Shown piece after piece: positions 59,201 through 64,000 of a stretch of 64,000 bases of DNA. The notes under the pieces are model-generated. The model made no database searches. It worked only from the letters and a program-made list of their open reading frames with translations, and was not told where the DNA came from. The DNA is from Nitrospirota bacterium (GTDB lineage Bacteria; Nitrospirota; UBA9217). The translations under genes were made by a program, and so were the position numbers. The stretch lies in the NCBI GenBank assembly GCA_029858565.1, contig JAOUEV010000002.1, forward strand, positions 64,001-128,000, in the 5' to 3' direction. Every line of letters starts with the position of its first letter. Position 1 is the stretch's first letter.

Positions 59201-60174
59201 GTACGAAGTGCCATGGTGTTTCCGGCGCAACCCCTGCGCAGTATACCGCGGATAACAATATAGCGGCGCCTGGATATGTTTCTGTCGCTCCGGTCGGTAC
59301 CGGTCGCGCAACATCTGGTGCGACAGCTGCGACAGATCCGAAGGTCGGAGCTCATAACGCACACCTTAAGGGCGTGAGCAACTATTCGGATCCCATTGCC
59401 TGCAGCGCCTGCCACAATACGTCATCAGGGCACATGGATGGTTCCGGCACACTGACATTCAGCGGTTTGTCTACATCGAACGGCGCCGCTGCAAATTATA
59501 GCGCGCCGAATTGTTCAACAACCTACTGTCATTTCGGTAAATCGATCAATTTGTACTCGCCGGCAGTTTCGAGCGCTACAGTGACCTGGAATGATACGGC
59601 TTACCTGAGCGGCACACCGAGCATCGGCGGAGACTGCGCGAAGTGCCATCTCTCACCGCCTTCGGCAACAGGGACCCATGCAGGCTACAGCACCTTCACA
59701 GACTGCAACACCTGTCATCCTCATGTGAGCACAGACGGTACGTTCAACAACAAATCGCTGCATATCAACGGCGTAGTCGAAGCCGCAAGCGGTTGCGACG
59801 GCTGCCACGCATATCCGCCTGCAATAGGCGACGGCAAGGCGTATAAGGGTTCCGCGCTGCTCGGTAAAGGAGCGCATACATCCCATGTCAACTATCTCCT
59901 CCTGAGGACCGGATTGACCCTTAGCGCTAAGGGTGATACTTATACCGGTGCAACGGTTGCGGCGATCTGCGGCGTTTGTCACAACACGTCAGCCGATGCC
60001 TTCCATAAGAATGGCAATGATGTCCGTGACCTCCTGATCCCATCGTCTTACCTCTTTGGTACGGGGACGCCGACATATAACGGGAATCCCGCGACTACGA
60101 CCAATAAGAACTGCTCGAATGTCAGCTGCCATTTCAATGTAACTCCGCTGTGGCAGCAGACCGCGGGTCAGTAA
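56293..60174 (+). CDS. Giant multiheme c-type cytochrome with CxxxxCH/CxxCH repeats
   Basis: Signal peptide; manual count of 23 CxxCH plus 8 CX4CH; GAAGGAG RBS. Confidence 0.92.
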   Translation: MKKSTLLTISILIMLFGMLIAVRDVAALDAPHNANDVSRSITCSTCHVSPLGPTPTWKTIPTTTDNTYTNNLCTSCHASGKLTTSKYEDIKTHSAANTGSTRWGGGWTVECRVCHHAHNQAQQTTFYSDANNNVLTGTVAALTSSVSATMSTLTASAGSMGTDGYVGYLLIPNTAYPTIMYRVIANDATKFTVKGAINLARTAVGKTWALRYGKMVKTQIAYTNPTSVNASVKFYNNAGNNSFAETASPSTSLCMVCHTQTKHFKNDGTFETAGHPAAVGTACTSCHKHNTGFKASGCNGCHGQSGSTGAPLVAGDLVSPATGHAEGAHLRHAVTLSLSCAVCHAGNTMPALDSEITMSFSDAAAGGAYQGTALNAPYTYSANVTLGGTQTCSSLYCHSSGQSATGGSLAGGDYKSVNWTGAGLNCGSCHVDMDASASATGSHIKHAQDKAIACATCHDGYTETSTAAATHANASINLSFSGRAAGSTYSQGNSHAVQNGYGQCSTNDCHSTGQGSDGSSSGITYASPTWGGTVNCSSCHKNMDADATAPGSHVKHAQSAAIACATCHNGYTETTAAVATHDDGTVDMSFSGPGDGTFYTGGTTSGNYALGGGYGSCYTSSCHSSGQSATGTASPLTYGSPVWGGTLDCGSCHTNMDTDATAPGSHVKHAQSAAIACASCHSGYTETTVAVATHNNSTVNVTMATGFYTGGTTSGNNALGGGYGSCYTSSCHSSGQSATGTASPLTYGSPAWGGTLDCGSCHKNMDTDATAPGSHVKHTQSAAIACATCHNGYTETSVAAASHNNGTVDMSFSGTGAGTFYSGGTVSGDNALGGGYGSCYTSSCHSSGQSATGTASPLTYGSPAWGGALDCGSCHKNMDTDGTAPGSHVGHAQTAAIACATCHSGYTETTVAAATHNNSTVNVTMSTGFYSGGTVSGDNALGGGYGTCFTTNCHGSSSPVWGTNTTNASCTKCHGVSGATPAQYTADNNIAAPGYVSVAPVGTGRATSGATAATDPKVGAHNAHLKGVSNYSDPIACSACHNTSSGHMDGSGTLTFSGLSTSNGAAANYSAPNCSTTYCHFGKSINLYSPAVSSATVTWNDTAYLSGTPSIGGDCAKCHLSPPSATGTHAGYSTFTDCNTCHPHVSTDGTFNNKSLHINGVVEAASGCDGCHAYPPAIGDGKAYKGSALLGKGAHTSHVNYLLLRTGLTLSAKGDTYTGATVAAICGVCHNTSADAFHKNGNDVRDLLIPSSYLFGTGTPTYNGNPATTTNKNCSNVSCHFNVTPLWQQTAGQ
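57568..59154 (+). repeat. Intragenic tandem repeats of 327-339 bp, each a three-heme module
   Basis: Units start at 57568, 57898, 58237, 58564 and 58903 (spacings 330, 339, 327, 339 bp); the later units are highly similar at DNA level. Confidence 0.9.
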
Positions 60175-60183
60175 GGGAGGGTG

Positions 60184-60212
60184 TGGACGTGTATACCGTA
60201 CTGAGGTATAAT
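60184..60212 (+). promoter_or_regulatory. Possible internal sigma70 promoter for the second giant cytochrome
   Basis: TGGACG-N17-TATAAT. Confidence 0.4.
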
Positions 60213-60308
60213 AGCCAGCCTGCATGCAAGGCTGCAGTTCATAATCAGAAACGCTCAGCCGCATCCGTGGAATCGACCGGCAGAGCTCTTACAGAAGGCG
60301 AGGTACTT

Positions 60309-62852
60309 ATGATGAAGAAAGCTTGTAACGATAGCGCGGTAAGCCGGCTCACATGGCTGGGGCTTGCGGTAGTCCTGATCATGCTGATCTCCGCATTCGT
60401 TGCTGTACCTCAGGCAACAGCCGGAACGTATACGGTAGATACGTGCGGCGATTGCCACGCATACTCCACGGGAACGTTCACGGACGGTTCGGCCCGGAAT
60501 AATCCGGCCGGCGCCTTCCCGGGCTCGCATCAACAGCATGTGACGACCTACCAGATGGCCTGCACGGTCTGTCACATCAACAACGGAGCTAATTTTGCCC
60601 ATCGGAACGGCAATGTTGATATAAATGCCTCGATCAGCGGAGGCACATACAGCAAAGGTTCATTCTCCCAGGTTAATACGACATCTCTGGGTCGGTGCAC
60701 TAACGTCTCTTGCCATAGCAACGGAACCCCGCTGAACGGTACAGCAACATTCGCAACAGCGACCTGGGGTTCTCCGGCAACAGGTGCTTGCGGAACCTGC
60801 CACGGCGTCCTGGCTTCCAGCGCTCCGACCTCAACGCATCACAGCAAACACGTGGGAGCTGCTGCGGGATATCAAAACGCCTGCGGTTGGTGCCATAGCA
60901 GCACGGTGAACATGACAGCGAATTCAACCGTTCAGGCGACGGTCACTTCAACTACGCTGCATGTCAACGGAATCAAGAACGTCTCCTTTGAAACCACCAC
61001 GAACGCCGGGGCGAACGCCTACGGAAGCGGGCAGGCCTATAGCTGCACCAACCTCTACTGTCATAGCCAGGGGAACACGTTCACATCACCCTATACAGCG
61101 CCGAACACGACAGCGCTCTGGACATTGGCTGCAGGTTCGCTGAACTGCAACAGCTGCCATGGTTCGACCGTAGCAACAACCACTCGCGGTAATGGCAAGC
61201 CTGAGTACGCCAACGGCACGCCGAAGAAGAACAGCCATGCGGGCCATTTCCCGTGGAACACGCTCCAGTCCTGCCAGATCTGCCATTCGGCAACGACCAC
61301 GGACGGGGTGAGCGTTACGAACAAAGCGAACCATGTGAAGAAGTCCTACAACGTGGGTTCCTACACGGGAGGCGGTGCCTGGAACACCTTGGCAAACTTC
61401 ACCTATACCTATAATGCCAATGGCAGCACCTGTAATACCAACCAGTGCCATGCTGGGCTGAACGCACAGTGGGGCTCGACAGGAGCCGGCTCCGGCAGCG
61501 AATGGAACTGCATTACCTGCCACTCCAGCTCGTTCAAGAAGTTCCTCGGCACGGGAACGATCCGGCAGGTTGTCGGTACGACCAACGCCGCTGATTTCAA
61601 CATGTCAACGATCGGGAACGGCGCAGGTTCGCGTCACCTGTACGGTGCTTCGACAATCGTGAAATGGGACTGCATCATCTGTCACGAGGAAGGTCAGGCA
61701 ACGGGCGCTCCTGGAAGGGTTGACTGGCAGAACCATAATGACTTGGGCGGCTTGATCCATCTGCGGAACGTGGACACGATCGATCCTGCGAACTCGGGCT
61801 GGGCGATTAACAACAAGTCCTGGACGACGACCGATTATCAGAGTATGGACGAGTTCTGCGTCTCTTGCCATGATTCCAACGGGGCAAGCGCGATCGCGGT
61901 GAATGCTGCGAACAACGGACTCTTCACCGGCACTGCTGCCTGGAACACCTATCGTGCAGGCTGGAAATCAATGGCAGGAACTTTCCCCGGCAGGGCAGCC
62001 CTGGCACCGTTCAACTCCACGGACTGGCGTTCTGGTTATCTGGTTGCATCCACCTCGTCAGTAGGCGCCGGCGAGGGCAGAGCAAAGATCACTGACGTGA
62101 AGACCCAATTCTACGCAGGTACTGCAGGCAACTGGGCGACAACGAACTACAACGGCAATCCGTCGCAGCACGCGGTGCTCGGTACCCGGTACGGCCGGGC
62201 CTGGAACACCTGGACCGCCGCAGCCTGGTCGAGCTACTTCATGAAGAAGTCTCGTGCGAACATCAACGCCATGCGTGAGACCGCGCTACTCTCATGCGCT
62301 GACTGTCACGTGCTCGATGCTCCAGGTGTGGGCGGCAATGCTCATAGCGGTACAGTGAAATACATGCTGTCTACAGTCACTAGTGATGGCATCTGCACAA
62401 AGTGTCATTCGACAACTGCCTACGCTGCGGCGAGCGCTATATCCCGGTGGAATCACAGCTACTCAAGAGGCGGTTACAATGCCTATGGTCTTTCCAACGC
62501 AGCAGGTACGGGTTCTCAGCTCGCCTGTATGATGTGCCATGCTGGCTGGCAGATAGAGTCAACGGTCTCGAGACAGAGGAGCTACGGCGGCATCCATGGA
62601 TCCTGGACGACCTTCTATCCCATGAGCACGGTAGGAAGTGGAAACCTGACGACCTACCGGTTCTTCCCCGGGACCTGGAGAAAGCATTCATATAGTGCTG
62701 ATAACCAGTGGGGCTCCATGACAGCTTCGACCTGTTACTTCGGGGCTACAACCGATAATAGCGGATTTGCGAGCTGTACGTCACATGGAAGCGCGACCGG
62801 CAGAACTGGAACGACGTACACGCCGACGTACACGCGTCCGGTCAAGTACTAA
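60309..62852 (+). CDS. Multiheme c-type cytochrome with CxxxxCH/CxxCH repeats
   Basis: Signal peptide ending PQATA; manual count of 12 CxxCH plus 3 CX4CH; GAGGT RBS. Confidence 0.92.
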   Translation: MMKKACNDSAVSRLTWLGLAVVLIMLISAFVAVPQATAGTYTVDTCGDCHAYSTGTFTDGSARNNPAGAFPGSHQQHVTTYQMACTVCHINNGANFAHRNGNVDINASISGGTYSKGSFSQVNTTSLGRCTNVSCHSNGTPLNGTATFATATWGSPATGACGTCHGVLASSAPTSTHHSKHVGAAAGYQNACGWCHSSTVNMTANSTVQATVTSTTLHVNGIKNVSFETTTNAGANAYGSGQAYSCTNLYCHSQGNTFTSPYTAPNTTALWTLAAGSLNCNSCHGSTVATTTRGNGKPEYANGTPKKNSHAGHFPWNTLQSCQICHSATTTDGVSVTNKANHVKKSYNVGSYTGGGAWNTLANFTYTYNANGSTCNTNQCHAGLNAQWGSTGAGSGSEWNCITCHSSSFKKFLGTGTIRQVVGTTNAADFNMSTIGNGAGSRHLYGASTIVKWDCIICHEEGQATGAPGRVDWQNHNDLGGLIHLRNVDTIDPANSGWAINNKSWTTTDYQSMDEFCVSCHDSNGASAIAVNAANNGLFTGTAAWNTYRAGWKSMAGTFPGRAALAPFNSTDWRSGYLVASTSSVGAGEGRAKITDVKTQFYAGTAGNWATTNYNGNPSQHAVLGTRYGRAWNTWTAAAWSSYFMKKSRANINAMRETALLSCADCHVLDAPGVGGNAHSGTVKYMLSTVTSDGICTKCHSTTAYAAASAISRWNHSYSRGGYNAYGLSNAAGTGSQLACMMCHAGWQIESTVSRQRSYGGIHGSWTTFYPMSTVGSGNLTTYRFFPGTWRKHSYSADNQWGSMTASTCYFGATTDNSGFASCTSHGSATGRTGTTYTPTYTRPVKY

Positions 62853-62882
62853 CAGCTTCGAGGTCTTGAAGGCAACAAATGT

Positions 62883-62916
62883 AGCGGAGGCTCATATGAG
62901 CCTCCGCTTTTTTTTT
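62883..62916 (+). terminator. Rho-independent terminator ending the cytochrome operon
   Basis: Perfect palindrome AGCGGAGGCTCATATGAGCCTCCGCT followed by a T run. Confidence 0.9.
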
Positions 62917-63251
62917 GTTTTTTACAGCGGTGAAGGCGGTTCCTTGTGTTTAACGATAGGGATGTGTTGGTGCACGGTGAAGGAGCAAGGTAAATTGGAC
63001 GGGAAGCCCGGTGGCCCAAAGTCCGATAAACAAGAGTACGGTAGTGAAGTTGCGGCAGCGATCATCTGGGATGAATAAGGAGCCTCTTTCCTGAATGAAC
63101 TTTCGATCCGCCCTGGTGATATGTTTCAGACCTCTTTTTATCGGAGCTAGTGCCAACCGCTGTCGCCAATCGGGAGATGTCAACGAAGTGTGCTCAATCG
63201 TCATCAGAAACAGAGTGCATTAGCAAGGTGTTGAGAACGTCCTCTGGTGTT

Positions 63252-63374
63252 GCCATAGCGAGAAGCATAAGCGACCAGGCAATCTCGTATTTTATGGAAA
63301 CGCATAACCAGGAATTTGAGGAGTCTGATCCAGGCGAAGGGAATGCAAGATTGCTTTGCTTCGCTCGCAATGAC
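63252..63374. repeat. REP/RPE-like palindromic element
   Basis: Left arm GCCATAGCGAG...GCAATCT; right arm AGATTGCTTTGCTTCGCTCGCAATGAC. Confidence 0.6.
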
Positions 63375-63536
63375 CAGTGCAGGACCTGCTCGGAGAGACA
63401 CTTGAAGGCATTTTTCAGCAAACAGTTCGTGAATTGTGAAGAGGGGGTAGGGGGGCAGAGAAGTCCGAGCCGTGGCAGTCCCCAGCTAGGCGCGAACGCA
63501 GAAAATCGAACGATATGCTGAAAGGACCATAATTTA

Positions 63537-63998
63537 CTACGGCAATGACGGTGAAGAAAGCAGGTAACTGTAGAGAAAAGCAGGGACCATGCGTCCGGTG
63601 ACGAATGGATACAGATAAAGCCCCCAGACTGCAGTGAGGCAAAAGAGAATACTAAAGACCTTTCGGGATCGGCCAGAGCCCATGGTCAAAGATGCAAGCG
63701 AGTACGCGATCAGTAGATAGGCAAATGGCAGCACCGCAAAGGCTGAATAGAGGAACACCGGACGCTTCACCAGGATGAACTGTAAGTACGATGAAGCAAA
63801 GAGCAGCAAGACCAGGGGGAGGCTCCGCTCTCTGCGTTGATACGCATAATACAGCCCATAGACCGCAGCAGGTATGGTCAGGAGCCAGATCGGCGGATTG
63901 CTCATGAAGGTGAAGAACTTTCCCCACCCGGCATTCACGAAGATCGGTTCGCCGTGTATCAGCGGCTTGACGAACCAGTGCCAGGGAACTGATGGCGA
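63537..63998 (-). CDS. PMT-family (GT-C) protein glycosyltransferase, C-terminal part (5'-truncated by window edge)
   Basis: Frame open to the edge: SPSVPWHW...SNPPIW...RPVFLYS...LPF...YLYP, the PMT C-terminal 4TM pattern. Confidence 0.72.
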   Translation of the reverse strand, partial: SPSVPWHWFVKPLIHGEPIFVNAGWGKFFTFMSNPPIWLLTIPAAVYGLYYAYQRRERSLPLVLLLFASSYLQFILVKRPVFLYSAFAVLPFAYLLIAYSLASLTMGSGRSRKVFSILFCLTAVWGLYLYPFVTGRMVPAFLYSYLLSSPSLP

Positions 63999-64000
63999 AG

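Noticed and set aside
52591-62852. Porin-cytochrome conduit (MtrCAB/OmcB type)
   Set aside because: No beta-barrel porin gene and no lipoprotein cytochrome in the window.
62917-63536. Short ORFs in the spacer after the terminator
   Set aside because: No recognisable motifs, and they partly translate the palindromic repeat.

Overview
A gene-dense, GC-rich bacterial chromosomal segment. Gene content suggests an anaerobe of Nitrospirota/Desulfobacterota type (inference). From left to right it contains: (1) a trpEGDCFB-[insert]-trpA operon, with a nucleotidyltransferase/small-protein pair and a DUF4384 gene between trpB and trpA; (2) a cyclic-nucleotide module (GAF-GAF-HD-GYP, CRP-like protein, CHASE2 adenylate cyclase, class II phosphodiesterase), then accD; (3) an ~18.5 kb minus-strand signalling/chemotaxis block (sigma54 activator, cheY-STAS-cheA-mcp-cheW-cheR with no cheB/cheD, hybrid kinases, REC-HD-GYP) lying between a Tat-DUF362 gene and a membrane polyferredoxin gene; (4) ald, a LysM protein, an NtrY-like kinase and ogg; (5) a Fet-like MacB/FtsX ABC plus FTR1-like/DUF2318 module coupled to a ResB-like gene; and (6) the most interesting part, a candidate extracellular electron-transfer cluster behind a sigma54/IHF promoter. 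That cluster encodes an OmcE-like tetraheme cytochrome, an NHL/BACON/FG-GAP protein, and two giant Ser/Thr-rich multiheme cytochromes (~31 and ~15 heme motifs, many CX4CH), and it faces a convergent PMT-family protein glycosyltransferase. No rRNA, tRNA, CRISPR array or intact transposase was seen. All family assignments come from motifs read by eye; no searches were run.
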